This document shows positions 1-9,156 of a DNA stretch of 24,000 nucleotides, piece by piece (the stretch's first letter is position 1; each line of letters starts with the position of its first letter). The position numbers and the translations under genes were made by a program. Under the pieces are notes generated by a model. The model worked only from the letters and a program-made list of their open reading frames with translations. It did no database searches and was not told where the DNA came from. This DNA comes from Mucilaginibacter sp. Bleaf8 (lineage in GTDB: Bacteria > Bacteroidota > Bacteroidia > Sphingobacteriales > Sphingobacteriaceae): NCBI RefSeq assembly GCF_018390515.1, contig NZ_JAHBBK010000002.1:267743-291742 (forward strand), given 5' to 3'.

Positions 1-84
1 AAAATATTTGGTGCATGCGGAATAGCATTGATAGGCGGCCTGTTCTATCATATGATAAAAGGGTATATTGAATTTGACGCTTAA
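1..84 (+). CDS. 3' end of an upstream ORF cut by the window edge; hydrophobic C-terminus, function unknown
   Basis: Frame 1 is open from base 1 to TAA at 82-84 (KIFGACGIALIGGLFYHMIKGYIEFDA*). The hydrophobic stretch suggests a terminal TM helix. Confidence 0.3.
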   Translation, partial: KIFGACGIALIGGLFYHMIKGYIEFDA

Positions 85-171
85 AGCTTACTTACCTTCA
101 AGATGTGCATATTAGAGCGGCGTATGCATAGGTGTAGTTTAGCTGTTATTTAAAGAAACAATTGAAGGAAA

Positions 172-981
172 ATGAACAAAGAGAAGAATTATATAGAAAT
201 TAACCGACAGTCCTGGAACAATAAAACCGACGCTCATTTGAAGTCGGAATTTTATGACCATAACAATTTTTTAAAAGGGAAAACGTCACTAAATAACATC
301 GAACTAGACTTACTTGGGGATGTAACTGGGAAAGAAATTTTGCATTTACAGTGTCATTTCGGGCAAGATACAATTTCATTGAGCAGACTTGGGGCAGAAA
401 CCACCGGGGTGGATTTTTCTGACAAAGCCATCGAAAACGCAAAAAAGATTGCAGAAGATACAAAGTCAAATGCGACCTTCATTTGTTGCGACATTTATGA
501 CTTGCCAAACTATTTGGACAAAAAATTTGACTTAGTTTTTACAAGTTATGGAACAATTGGGTGGTTACCTGACTTAGAAAAATGGGCGAAAATTGTTTCC
601 GAATATTTAAAACCTAATGGGCAGTTTGTTTTTGTAGAATTTCATCCAGTAGTTTGGATGTTTGACGATGTCTTTGAAAAAATCGGTTATAGATATTTTA
701 ATTCTGGTGCAATTGTGGAATCTGAAAGTGGAACGTATGCAGACAAAAGTGCCGATATAACACAAGAATATGTAGTGTGGAATCACGGACTGAGCGAAGT
801 AATTAATAACCTGATTAAAAGCGGACTTGAAATACAAAGTCTCGATGAATATGATTATTCACCTTATAACTGTTTTAACAAGACCATAGAATTTGAGCCT
901 AAAAAATATCGAATTGAGCATCTGGAAAATAAGATTCCGATGGTTTATTCGATAGTAGCAAAAAAGAAAAACAACAGCTAA
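172..981 (+). CDS. Class I SAM-dependent methyltransferase
   Basis: 269-aa ATG-initiated ORF. It has a Rossmann-type SAM-binding motif I-like segment ILHLQCHFGQDT, then the acidic loop GVDFS and FDLVFTSYG, arranged as in Methyltransf_11/25-type enzymes. Confidence 0.85.
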   Translation: MNKEKNYIEINRQSWNNKTDAHLKSEFYDHNNFLKGKTSLNNIELDLLGDVTGKEILHLQCHFGQDTISLSRLGAETTGVDFSDKAIENAKKIAEDTKSNATFICCDIYDLPNYLDKKFDLVFTSYGTIGWLPDLEKWAKIVSEYLKPNGQFVFVEFHPVVWMFDDVFEKIGYRYFNSGAIVESESGTYADKSADITQEYVVWNHGLSEVINNLIKSGLEIQSLDEYDYSPYNCFNKTIEFEPKKYRIEHLENKIPMVYSIVAKKKNNS

Positions 982-1014
982 CAATATTAAATTCAAGACT
1001 TTGGATACATATCA

Positions 1015-1430
1015 AAGTTTGCGCTTATCTAAATATTCTTTTAGGATCTTTTCTACGAGTTAATGAAAGGCCAGTACATCGGTACCGCTCTCCAGATTGG
1101 CGTCAATACTGCTTAAGTGTACTACTTTTTTAAGAACAGCTTCTGCATAATTACCAGCGAACTTATGTGCTTCAACCATTGAGCGTATTTCAGGATCAAA
1201 GTAGTTAAACTGTGGTCGCATGCAGTAAACGGCATCTGCATTAGTGAAAGTGTTGGTAAGAAAATTTACGTTTCCAGGGCGCCGATGGCTGCCTTCACGC
1301 CCAGCACTTCAATGTCTTTTGCCCTTGCTGGCTTGCTGCTGATTACCGTAACTGCGTGGCCCTGCTGAACTAATATTTGCGCAAGTGGTTTGCCAATATT
1401 TCCTAAAGAATCTGTTAATACAACCTTCAT
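1015..1430 (-). pseudogene. Frameshifted and truncated NmrA-like / NAD(P)H-binding oxidoreductase remnant
   Basis: Minus-strand ATG at 1430 gives MKVVLTDSLGNIGKPLAQILVQQGHAVTVISSKPARAKDIEVLGVKAAIGALET*. The glycine motif is degenerate (TDSLGNIG where GATGNIG is expected). Similarity continues in another frame (NVNFLTNTFTNADAVYCMRPQFNYFDPEIRSMVEAHKFAGNYAEAVLKKVVHLSSIDANLESGTDVLAFH*) and then stops early. No ORF of 60 aa or more survives here. Confidence 0.55.
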
Positions 1431-1526
1431 GGTATCTTATGTTTAATGTTTGATAAAAGGTCACTGATATGCTGATGTGTGGATTAGCCGATTAAAGCTT
1501 TGTGTTAGCTATTTAAAGGTTGTGCT

Positions 1527-2186
1527 TTAAGCATGTTCCGATAGGATAGGGGTTTTACCGATTAAAGAAGCGTCATCAATACAGTCTACCAGAAATTTGG
1601 CAAGCAGTGAGCGGCTGATATGAAACGGCGAAGGTGTTTTATGATAAGAGACGACCAACTTTTTAAGTTCGGTTCCGTTGGTTAATGCTACCGGCCTGGC
1701 TATGGTCCAGTCCAGGTCCGACTGCTGTAATAAAGTTTCCTGACGGGTGTGATCGGCAAATACGATTTTAAAATTAGTAATCCGGATTATCAGCCGCATG
1801 TACCAGGGTGCAAGATTAAACGAGTTGCCAGCCCCGATAGATGAAAGCGTGATGATTCTTCTGACATGATTCGCCTTCATGCTATCTATCGCGTTACGGA
1901 TGGTAGTTTCCAACACATGCGGCGGCTCGATTTTTTTGAAGCTGAAACTTTCTTTTTCTGACAGGGCGCTCAATGCGCTGATTACGGCATCGCAACCTTT
2001 CATCGCAAGCCGAACGTCGTTAGCGTCCGTAGGAGACCCTTTAATGACGGTCAATTGCGGAGATTGTACCTTTATCTTGTCCGGGCTTCTAACCAAAGCC
2101 ACTACCGAATAACCTTTTTCCAAGGCATAATTTATGACGAGGCCGCCGGTTCTACCGGTTGCACCAAACAGTAATATCTTTCTCAT
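1527..2186 (-). CDS. NAD(P)H-binding oxidoreductase (atypical SDR, flavin reductase/BVR-B-like)
   Basis: 219-aa ORF with an N-terminal Rossmann motif ILLFGATGRTGGLV. It is divergently paired with an HxlR regulator. Confidence 0.85.
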   Translation of the reverse strand: MRKILLFGATGRTGGLVINYALEKGYSVVALVRSPDKIKVQSPQLTVIKGSPTDANDVRLAMKGCDAVISALSALSEKESFSFKKIEPPHVLETTIRNAIDSMKANHVRRIITLSSIGAGNSFNLAPWYMRLIIRITNFKIVFADHTRQETLLQQSDLDWTIARPVALTNGTELKKLVVSYHKTPSPFHISRSLLAKFLVDCIDDASLIGKTPILSEHA

Positions 2187-2235
2187 GTAATCACCTTTTT
2201 ATTATATTTAGGTGTATGCAAACCTATGTATATTT

Positions 2236-2290
2236 GCTAACCAATGGTTATTACTAACCTAAAGGTTAGCACTAACTTTTCCGTTAGCAA
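2236..2290. promoter_or_regulatory. Candidate HxlR operator region in a divergent promoter
   Basis: Two inverted repeats, TAACC-N3-GGTTA (2238-2250) and TAACC-N4-GGTTA (2255-2268). They are nested inside an outer inverted repeat TTGCTAAC...GTTAGCAA, between divergent genes 1527-2186(-) and 2305-2652(+). Confidence 0.4.
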
Positions 2291-2304
2291 ACATTTACTT
2301 AAAC

Positions 2305-2652
2305 ATGAGCAAAAAGGAAGGAAACATTTGTACCCCGGCAGATTTACTGGCAGTTAAAGATGCATTACAAGTGCTTAGCGGTCATTGGAAACTGCAGATT
2401 TTGATCGTTTTGTTTAGCGGCCCCAAACGCTTCAAGGAAATCACCAGAGAAATTGAGGGTATCAGTGATAAGATGCTATCGAAAGAGTTAAAGGATCTGG
2501 AAGAGAACTCGCTGGTAAAACGAACAGTGCATGACACGTTTCCTCCAAAAGTAGAGTATGAGGTAACGAAACATACCGAATCCCTTGATAACGTGATCAC
2601 AGCGCTTAAGGATTGGGGGCGTGTACACAGGCGCGTGATTACGGGGAAATAA
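2305..2652 (+). CDS. HxlR-family winged-helix transcriptional regulator
   Basis: 115 aa. Family signature: LQVLSGHWKLQILIVLFSGPKRFKEITREIEGISDKMLSKELKDLEENSLVKR...PPKVEYEVT. Confidence 0.9.
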   Translation: MSKKEGNICTPADLLAVKDALQVLSGHWKLQILIVLFSGPKRFKEITREIEGISDKMLSKELKDLEENSLVKRTVHDTFPPKVEYEVTKHTESLDNVITALKDWGRVHRRVITGK

Positions 2653-2740
2653 GAAAGCTCAGCAAGTTGTAGGCTAATCAAGCAATCTCTCGTTGCTCCG
2701 CTTGTAGTATTTGATATAAGCTGTTTGCTTTTAGATAAGT

Positions 2741-2768
2741 AAGGCACCCAAAGTGAAATGGGTGCCTT
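2741..2768. terminator. Bidirectional intrinsic terminator hairpin between convergent genes
   Basis: 9-bp stem AAGGCACCC / GGGTGCCTT with a 10-nt loop, flanked by T-rich sequence (acttgtttta). It lies 8 nt from the stop of the minus-strand gene at 2776. Confidence 0.6.
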
Positions 2769-2775
2769 ACTTGTT

Positions 2776-3210
2776 TTACATTGGTTTTACATCTACGGAA
2801 GGAAGGCGCATGTCTTGAAGCTTAATTGTTTTACCGGACACACCCCAGTTGGTGTCTGGAACGTCTCTGATAATGATATATACAGGGGCAGGGGCATCAG
2901 GCACTACTGCTGCATGTTTGTGAATACAGGCCGTAAGGTTTTCAATAAGCAGTTGCTTGGCTGCCACATCTAGCCCACCTGCAAACGCATTAACCTCCAG
3001 GCTAATAACCTTGGTTTCTGTAGAACTACCGCCTTGGTAAACATTGGCCATTGCATATTCCTGTATATAAATCCAGCACGTGCTGCGAACAAAGGGGGTA
3101 TCCGGTAAGCCCTCCACTCGCAAGGCCAACGTAGTTAATTCGGCTGCCAGTTCGTTTTTAGCTGCTGCCGAAAAAGTTTCGGCCGGGAAATGCAGATACA
3201 TTAAAGGCAT
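2776..3210 (-). CDS. Tautomerase-superfamily protein (4-oxalocrotonate tautomerase-like, long form)
   Basis: 144 aa beginning MPLMYLHF, so Pro1 follows Met removal, the catalytic hallmark of the superfamily. Size and pattern resemble the Tautomerase_3 group. Confidence 0.65.
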   Translation of the reverse strand: MPLMYLHFPAETFSAAAKNELAAELTTLALRVEGLPDTPFVRSTCWIYIQEYAMANVYQGGSSTETKVISLEVNAFAGGLDVAAKQLLIENLTACIHKHAAVVPDAPAPVYIIIRDVPDTNWGVSGKTIKLQDMRLPSVDVKPM

Positions 3211-3228
3211 AATATATGATTGGGGAGA

Positions 3229-4071
3229 TTACCGGAAGTCGGTCGAAAGGGTAATTTCTTTATGCGCCTCAATGCCGTCTTTCAACATCTGTAACTTATA
3301 GTTAGCAAACTGTAATGAATCTGATCCTAATAGTAAACGAAGAGGCGCTTCGCTCAACTGAGCCACATTAATAATCACTTCGGCTACTTTCTCAGGATTG
3401 CCAATTTGCGTACCCGGTACATCTTCCTGATGCTTGCGACGCTCTTCCGCAAGGGCCGTGTAAGCAGCAACGGGGTTTTTAGGCGTAGCGATAGATCCGC
3501 TGTTCAAAAAATTGGTACGCACATAACCAGGTTCGATGATGGTAACCTTTATCCTGAAAGGCTGAACTTCCTGAGCCAAAGCTTCGGATATACCTTCAAC
3601 GGCAAACTTGGTTCCGCAGTAAATACCCCAACCGGCTCCGGCAATAAGGCCGAAAACAGAGGAAAGATTGAAAATGTGCCCGGATTGAGCGGCGCGCATA
3701 TGCGGTAATACAGCCCGAATTACGTTAAGCAAGCCAAATACATTGACATCAAAACTAGCCCGTACTTCTTCATTTGAAGATTCTTCTATACCGCCAATTA
3801 AGCCGTAGCCGGCATTATTTACCAGTACATCAATACCACCAAAGCGGGTTACAGCTGCGTTTACAGCTGAACGGACACTTTCTTCATTTACCAGATCGAC
3901 CTGTAAAGGTAAAAAGCCGGATGACGAGGTACCGACAGCGCTTTGAAGCGCTTGCAGGTTACGGGCAGTTGCTGCCACGTTATAGCCCAGTGCCAGTAAT
4001 TGTTTAACCAGTATAAGGCCAATTCCCTGCGATGCGCCTGTAATAAACCATGTTTTTGTTTGCTTGTCCAT
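3229..4071 (-). CDS. Short-chain dehydrogenase/reductase (classical SDR)
   Basis: Motifs TGASQGIG (cofactor), NNAG, and the catalytic YCGTK (YxxxK). The track ORF extends to 4104, but ATG at 4071 (MDKQTKTWFITGASQGIG) gives the normal SDR N-terminus. Confidence 0.9.
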   Translation of the reverse strand: MDKQTKTWFITGASQGIGLILVKQLLALGYNVAATARNLQALQSAVGTSSSGFLPLQVDLVNEESVRSAVNAAVTRFGGIDVLVNNAGYGLIGGIEESSNEEVRASFDVNVFGLLNVIRAVLPHMRAAQSGHIFNLSSVFGLIAGAGWGIYCGTKFAVEGISEALAQEVQPFRIKVTIIEPGYVRTNFLNSGSIATPKNPVAAYTALAEERRKHQEDVPGTQIGNPEKVAEVIINVAQLSEAPLRLLLGSDSLQFANYKLQMLKDGIEAHKEITLSTDFR

Positions 4072-4151
4072 TATCATAAAACTTAATAATACAAACTTAT
4101 GCACACGCGACCGATCAGCATTTAATCAAACCACAGGGATATTTGTGAGTT

Positions 4152-5093
4152 TCAAAGATGCGCCACCGATACGGTGCCTTCGCGGAAAGCAGAAGGGGAC
4201 GTTTTTTCTTTTTTATGAAAGAAAGACGTAAAAGCAGCCTGTTCAGAAAAGCCCAGCACATGGCTAATGGTTCGGATATCCCAATCGGTCTGCACCAATA
4301 ATGTTTTGGCCTCATACAGCAGCCTCTCCTGGATATGTTCCCGCAGTGTCTTGCCGGTTTGGCCTTTAACCAGGGTATTTAAATAATTTGGATGAACGTT
4401 AAGCTGACCGGCAAACTCTGTTGCTGTTTTAATTTTCACAACGGTATCGGGTCCATGCACCAAAAAGGCTGATTCTAACAGATGGAGAAAGCTGTGAATG
4501 TAGCGGTAACTTTCCGGAACAGGGGTATCGGCCAGCTTTTTTCCTGCTCTCTGCGCTTCCAGCAGTAGCATTTGCAGGTGCAGCAATATGGCCTGTTGCT
4601 TATCTTTATGGCTGCTGTTTTCTTCTTCAAGTATTAATTCAAAGTGCCGGTTAACCCGTGTCGAAGAACTTTCAGGCAGTTGAATTACTGCATTTGATGC
4701 TTTAAAATAGGGATAGGTTCTAAATAGCTGCAGTACATGCGCGGCGCTTTCGAAATAGGCCGGGTGAATGAGGCAAAAGTGTCCGCCCGTATCAACAGAA
4801 GTGTTTTGCCACGACATGATCTCATCAGGGTGCAAAAAGGCGATGTCCCCAGAATTCATGAAATACTGATGCAAACCAACGGTAAGCACTCCTGTGCCGG
4901 AAGTGATATGGAAAATTTTATAGAACTGCCTACGATTGGGCGAAATGTAGTCTTTTACCGGGTAGTTGTCCCGGTTTTGAATAATTAAACTGTTACCACC
5001 AAGGGCGTAATGCTCTACGCTGAGAAAGGGAATTTTGTAGCCGTCTTGTACAAATGCTTCTAAATCTAATCGTGGAATGGCTGATTTCTCCAT
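4152..5093 (-). CDS. AraC-family transcriptional regulator (cupin-like N-domain plus HTH_18)
   Basis: 313 aa. The C-terminal region FAGQLNVHPNYLNTLVKGQTGKTLREHIQERLLYEAKTLLVQTDWDIRTISHVLGFSEQAAFTSFFHKKEKTSPSAFR is a canonical AraC double HTH. Confidence 0.9.
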   Translation of the reverse strand: MEKSAIPRLDLEAFVQDGYKIPFLSVEHYALGGNSLIIQNRDNYPVKDYISPNRRQFYKIFHITSGTGVLTVGLHQYFMNSGDIAFLHPDEIMSWQNTSVDTGGHFCLIHPAYFESAAHVLQLFRTYPYFKASNAVIQLPESSSTRVNRHFELILEEENSSHKDKQQAILLHLQMLLLEAQRAGKKLADTPVPESYRYIHSFLHLLESAFLVHGPDTVVKIKTATEFAGQLNVHPNYLNTLVKGQTGKTLREHIQERLLYEAKTLLVQTDWDIRTISHVLGFSEQAAFTSFFHKKEKTSPSAFREGTVSVAHL

Positions 5094-5168
5094 GTATCGA
5101 AATTACAATTTTCCTGTTACTTAGTTATTGGAAAAAAGAAAGAAGAAACGCTGTTTTAACCAGAAAGA

Positions 5169-5185
5169 CCCCGGTTTAACCGGGG
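5169..5185 (-). terminator. Intrinsic terminator hairpin downstream of 5305-5736(-)
   Basis: CCCCGG-TTTAA-CCGGGG. On the minus strand it is followed by tctttctggtt. Confidence 0.5.
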
Positions 5186-5304
5186 CATGATTTAAAGATA
5201 AATTGAAGTGAAATATCAAACTTTAGCAATTTCCAGATGAGATGCCTACAGCTCGATTTGCATGTTCTATAGCTACGTCTAAAAGCTTAAACCCTGTATA
5301 TGAA

Positions 5305-5736
5305 TTACTTTTTAAGTTGTTCCACAATTGATGCAGTATCCAGCAAGTACCACATTTCGGTGAAAAGGCTGTTTTGTACCCTATACGAGGCAAACTCCGT
5401 AAAGGCGATCGACGAACCGGTGGGTTCTGCGCCAAAAAAAGTTTTTGCGGGAGTTCCTCTGTCTTGCAATCGGGCGGCTATACGTTCGCCATCCACAAAA
5501 AGGTCTTCTATCTGCCATATATAATCTGGCACAATATCGGTTAGCCATTGAAGACCAGCAAGTACATCTGCAGGTTTAGAAGACTGACCGTTTATTTTAA
5601 CCTCATCAGAGACCAACGTAGCCACCAAATCAAAATTACGTTCGTTTAGTGCTGCGATATAACGCTGGTAAAAAGCAGACAAGTCATTACTTGAGGATTG
5701 ATCAGGTGCGGTTGAATTGTTTTCTAAGCTGTTCAT
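5305..5736 (-). CDS. SnoaL-like / NTF2-fold protein (predicted ester cyclase family)
   Basis: 143 aa. The segment FYQRYIAALNERNFDLVATLVSDEVKINGQ and the later WQIEDLFVDGERIAARL resemble SnoaL-like polyketide cyclase folds. Confidence 0.7.
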   Translation of the reverse strand: MNSLENNSTAPDQSSSNDLSAFYQRYIAALNERNFDLVATLVSDEVKINGQSSKPADVLAGLQWLTDIVPDYIWQIEDLFVDGERIAARLQDRGTPAKTFFGAEPTGSSIAFTEFASYRVQNSLFTEMWYLLDTASIVEQLKK

Positions 5737-5781
5737 TTTTATGAAAATTTAAAATATGTGCAGCAAAGTTATTAGCCATTA

Positions 5782-5818
5782 GTTACTGAAATATACTATC
5801 ATTGTATTTTACAGTAAC
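5782..5818. promoter_or_regulatory. Candidate operator (inverted repeat) in a divergent promoter
   Basis: GTTACTG (5782-5788) and CAGTAAC (5812-5818) form an inverted repeat, followed by repeated GTAAC half-sites. It lies between 5305-5736(-) and the HxlR gene 5848-6177(+). Confidence 0.3.
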
Positions 5819-5847
5819 CATTTGGTAACTGGTATTTAAATCTCTGT

Positions 5848-6177
5848 ATGAAAGACCAAAATTTTTGCAATTCTCAGTGTCCGCTTACAAGAGCTATTGG
5901 CTCCATCGGGAATAAATGGAAACCGCTGATTGTTCACGTAATCAGGCGGAGAACGATCAGGTTTGGTCAGATCAGCGCGCACATTCCTCTAATTACCCGA
6001 AAAGTTTTAACCGAACAGTTAAAGGAGTTGGAGGAGGATGGCATCGTCAACCGGACGGCTTACAAAGAATTACCGCCCAGGGTTGAATACGCATTGACCA
6101 CAAAGGGTATGGCACTGCTCCCCATTGTGGATCAAATTCAAGACTGGTATGTTCAATTTGAAATGCAGCAGAAGTAG
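5848..6177 (+). CDS. HxlR-family transcriptional regulator
   Basis: 109 aa: CPLTRAIGSIGNKWKPLIVHVI...RFGQI...ITRKVLTEQLKELEEDGIVNR...PPRVEYALT. Confidence 0.9.
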   Translation: MKDQNFCNSQCPLTRAIGSIGNKWKPLIVHVIRRRTIRFGQISAHIPLITRKVLTEQLKELEEDGIVNRTAYKELPPRVEYALTTKGMALLPIVDQIQDWYVQFEMQQK

Positions 6178-6198
6178 CTTGTACTGCTAAAAGTATTA

Positions 6199-6230
6199 CC
6201 GTTTAACAGATCCAATACAGCTTTAAACGG
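6199..6230 (+). terminator. Possible terminator hairpin after 5848-6177
   Basis: 8-bp stem CCGTTTAA / TTAAACGG with a 16-nt loop, followed by ccttttactgtt. The large loop makes this weak. Confidence 0.3.
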
Positions 6231-6509
6231 CCTTTTACTGTTACAAAAAAACAACAATTCTATTTTAAGGCACTAAGTTTATAAAACGTCAATCTGAACC
6301 AGAAGGGGGAGACAAGTAAAGAAGCAGGCTGGTGACGCCTGCGTACACTCTGGTTTATGATTATGTCAGTAGAGCAGGCGTAATGGTGAAGGATTGGCAG
6401 AATCATTACATTGACTAATAATGACAGTTTTAACTCTTAAAACCAGTTGACGGATTCAGCATAAAAAATTGTAAGTGTAATTCGGATTGATAAGCAATTT
6501 ATTAACTGA

Positions 6510-6878
6510 TCAGGCCTTTTTTAGGTGCGCTATCATTTTATTACGGTGCTGCATCCCCCAATCCGAAATCGCGTCTATGACGGGCTGGAGCGAATAGCCA
6601 TACGGCGTAAGCTTGTATTCTACAGTGATGGGTTTGGTCTGCAATACTGTTCTGTTAACCAAGCCATTCGTTTCCAGATCCTGTAATTCTTTGGACAGCA
6701 TTTTGGCGGCAATACCATCGATGTAACCCTTTAACTCCATAAACCTTTTTGGCCCGAAACTGAGTGAACCGATGATCCTAATTTTCCATTTTCCGCTTAG
6801 CAATTCCATCGTGTCACGGATTGCGAGGTGATGATGCGCGCATGCATCTTGGGAGCGATCTTCTTTATCTTTTTGCAT
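6510..6878 (-). CDS. HxlR-family transcriptional regulator
   Basis: 122 aa: MELLSGKWKIRIIGSLSFGPKRFMELKGYIDGIAAKMLSKELQDLETNGLVNR...PITVEYKLT. Confidence 0.9.
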   Translation of the reverse strand: MQKDKEDRSQDACAHHHLAIRDTMELLSGKWKIRIIGSLSFGPKRFMELKGYIDGIAAKMLSKELQDLETNGLVNRTVLQTKPITVEYKLTPYGYSLQPVIDAISDWGMQHRNKMIAHLKKA

Positions 6879-6976
6879 AAATAGTTTCCTCTAGTTAACT
6901 GGTTTCCTTTAGTAAACCCATTACAAATATATACCAGACCGGTAATAAATTTGTCTGCATAAAAAAAATAGATATT

Positions 6977-7957
6977 ATGTCTTCAGAAAAAAAATGCCTT
7001 GAACGTAGCGATATTATAGCCCAAAGTCCGATTATCTCTGTTGCACCTATCAGATTATCGACAGCTGGGCGGGAACATGATCTGCAAGTGCGGGTATCTG
7101 CGCCAGTCATTGGGGATAATCTTCCCATCGTCCTTTTCGCACATGGTTTTGCTTCTTCAATGGATGCTTATGCACCACTCGTCCACTATTGGGCAGCACG
7201 TGGTTTTGTGGTTATCCAGCCTACGTTTCTCGATTCCAGAACCTTAGCGAGCTACCACCATACAGACCACCAAGAAGCCGTAAAAGCTTACCTGGCCAAT
7301 CCAAGGTCAGCTACGGCTTGGCGACAACGGGTAGCCGATATGAAGTGCATTCTGGATCAACTCAATTATATTGAAAGTGCTGTACCTGGTCTGGTAGGCC
7401 GCCTGGATCGTAGTTGTATCGCTGCCGCCGGTCATTCTTTCGGTGCACATACTGTTGGGATGCTGTTAGGTGCCAGAGTGATAAAACCTGACGGATCATT
7501 GGACGATGACATGTCAGACGTGCGTATCAAAGCTGGTATCCTGTTAAGTGCAGGCGGAAGCGGCGGCGATGCCTTAAGCCAGTTCGGCAAGAACCATTTT
7601 CCGTATCTTGAGCAAACTTTTACAGGATTGACCAAGCCAATAATGGTAGTTGCTGGAGATCAGGACCATTCCCCGTTAACGGTTCGCGGGCCGGAGTGGT
7701 TTACTGAGGTTTATCAACTTGCATCCGGGGCAGATACATTAATCACATTGTTTGGTGGTGAACACATGTTGGGCGGCATTTCCGGGTATCTGGTCAGGGA
7801 AACAACGGATGAGGATCCGGATCGGGTTGACGCGGTACGGTCGCTTTCCTGGGCTTATCTGAAAAGTATATTCGATGAGCAATCAACCGCTTGGGAAGCG
7901 CTAAGCAAGAGGTTTAGCGATCATGATCATCCGATCGGCCGGATTGACACTAAATAA
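6977..7957 (+). CDS. Alpha/beta hydrolase (dienelactone hydrolase / chlorophyllase / PAF-acetylhydrolase-like)
   Basis: 326 aa. It has the nucleophile elbow GHSFG (AAAGHSFGAHTVG) and an upstream VLFAHGF oxyanion-region motif. It is divergent from an HxlR gene. Confidence 0.8.
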   Translation: MSSEKKCLERSDIIAQSPIISVAPIRLSTAGREHDLQVRVSAPVIGDNLPIVLFAHGFASSMDAYAPLVHYWAARGFVVIQPTFLDSRTLASYHHTDHQEAVKAYLANPRSATAWRQRVADMKCILDQLNYIESAVPGLVGRLDRSCIAAAGHSFGAHTVGMLLGARVIKPDGSLDDDMSDVRIKAGILLSAGGSGGDALSQFGKNHFPYLEQTFTGLTKPIMVVAGDQDHSPLTVRGPEWFTEVYQLASGADTLITLFGGEHMLGGISGYLVRETTDEDPDRVDAVRSLSWAYLKSIFDEQSTAWEALSKRFSDHDHPIGRIDTK

Positions 7958-8314
7958 GTCCTAATGGACTTTCGCGGCTGGGCCGGGGTTCTACTCCACC
8001 ACAAATACTATGCAAAGTGCTAGGAGAAAAGCAGGTGACGGGGTGTTTACAAGGCTACAGAAGAGGTGGTTGAACTTTGCTGAATGCACTAAATTACTGG
8101 TTAATTTCGCCTCTAATATGCTTTAAAGTAAATTTAGGAGTAAGAATTGTTTATGATGCCGCTGTTGTTTTTGAATAAATAACAGCTGTTAGTTGATTCG
8201 AGTGAGCCTTCTGGAGCTTAGAATTTATCAGTACATGGGCATAATTAACTGAAAGGGCTTTCGATAAAAAACTCGAATTATATGTTGCTCGTGTAAACAT
8301 CTGCATTAAATAAA

Positions 8315-8647
8315 TCACAATATGGCAATACCAATAGTGGTATTTACAATACTCCGGATAACTTTAATCACTGCATTGAGCGCAGCTTCAACAGCAAGTA
8401 AACCCAAGCCTTCCTCGCTCAGTAGTAAAGTTTTGAAGGCTGATTTCTGCATGTCCGTCATCAATTGCGCTTTTTCCACCGAAATGGTTCCGTGAGCCGC
8501 CATTTCACTAATGTTGGTTATGTTTTGTGATAGCGTGGTTAGTGAACTAACAGCAAGCTCGCTAACCATGTCCCATTCATGTCCTAAGCTATCTTTTGCA
8601 GCCGGAATCATTTTTTCGAGAAGTGCCTGAGCGTCTAACAATGCCAT
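8315..8647 (-). CDS. Hypothetical small helical protein; last gene of the Reb cluster
   Basis: 110-aa ATG ORF, 12 nt downstream of the preceding co-directional gene. It has a hydrophobic C-terminal end (VNTTIGIAIL). I recognise no family. Confidence 0.55.
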   Translation of the reverse strand: MALLDAQALLEKMIPAAKDSLGHEWDMVSELAVSSLTTLSQNITNISEMAAHGTISVEKAQLMTDMQKSAFKTLLLSEEGLGLLAVEAALNAVIKVIRSIVNTTIGIAIL

Positions 8648-8659
8648 TACGTTGGGTAA

Positions 8660-9139
8660 TTATCTTATTTTGCGCTTTAAACCATTTTGCAATACAATCA
8701 TGCTGCGGAACTGCACACTGAATGCATTTTCAATAGTATTTATAACGCTGGTATCTGCTTTGGTATTGAGGCCAATTTGGTGTATCCGTTCCAAATCTTC
8801 TACACTGTTTTGCAGTGCGGTTAATTGTTGCACAATTAACGAATATTTAGGTAGAGTGCTGGAACGTATACTCAAATTTTCTATTCTGCCTTCTATTAAA
8901 TTATAAGTGGCTTTGAAATTTAGGTAAGCATTATCCTGTCCCTGGTTATTGATGAGATTTTTTTTGATAGTAACCAGTACCACAAATATTTCGCCCTGAA
9001 CTTCCTGAATACCATAATCTGTTACCTCGTCATAGGGGCCGATCAGCGTAACACTGCAACTAAGGGCAAGAGAGACAACTGCAGAAAAAATCAACGTCAA
9101 TAATTTTGTATGCTTAAACACAAGCTGGTTTGTTCTCAT
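8660..9139 (-). CDS. Putative lipoprotein
   Basis: 159 aa. It has a signal peptide with the lipobox-like LALSC|S (KLLTLIFSAVVSLALSCS). I recognise no family for the mature part. Confidence 0.7.
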   Translation of the reverse strand: MRTNQLVFKHTKLLTLIFSAVVSLALSCSVTLIGPYDEVTDYGIQEVQGEIFVVLVTIKKNLINNQGQDNAYLNFKATYNLIEGRIENLSIRSSTLPKYSLIVQQLTALQNSVEDLERIHQIGLNTKADTSVINTIENAFSVQFRSMIVLQNGLKRKIR

Positions 9140-9156
9140 GTCTCCACCTTAATTGG

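Noticed and set aside
200-837. Minus-strand ORFs 200-469 and 607-837 inside the methyltransferase gene, and comparable internal ORFs elsewhere (1879-2112, 2382-2747, 2758-2973, 3080-3301, 3406-3708, 3774-4007, 4115-4315, 4737-4988, 5223-5435, 5300-5524, 6895-7128, 7041-7247, 7189-7374, 7432-7635, 11524-11715, 12030-12224, 22543-22782, 22957-23184, 23599-23802)
   Set aside because: All overlap longer ORFs with clear domain signatures, or lie in gaps with no supporting features. Their translations are low-complexity or Cys/Arg-rich, as expected of non-coding frames.
8652-8906. 84-aa plus-strand ORF opposite the lipoprotein gene, and similar antisense ORFs at 9110-9313, 9631-9861, 10823-11017 and 16325-16561
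   Set aside because: Each is fully embedded antisense to a longer ORF that has recognisable domains or signal features. They show no independent motifs.
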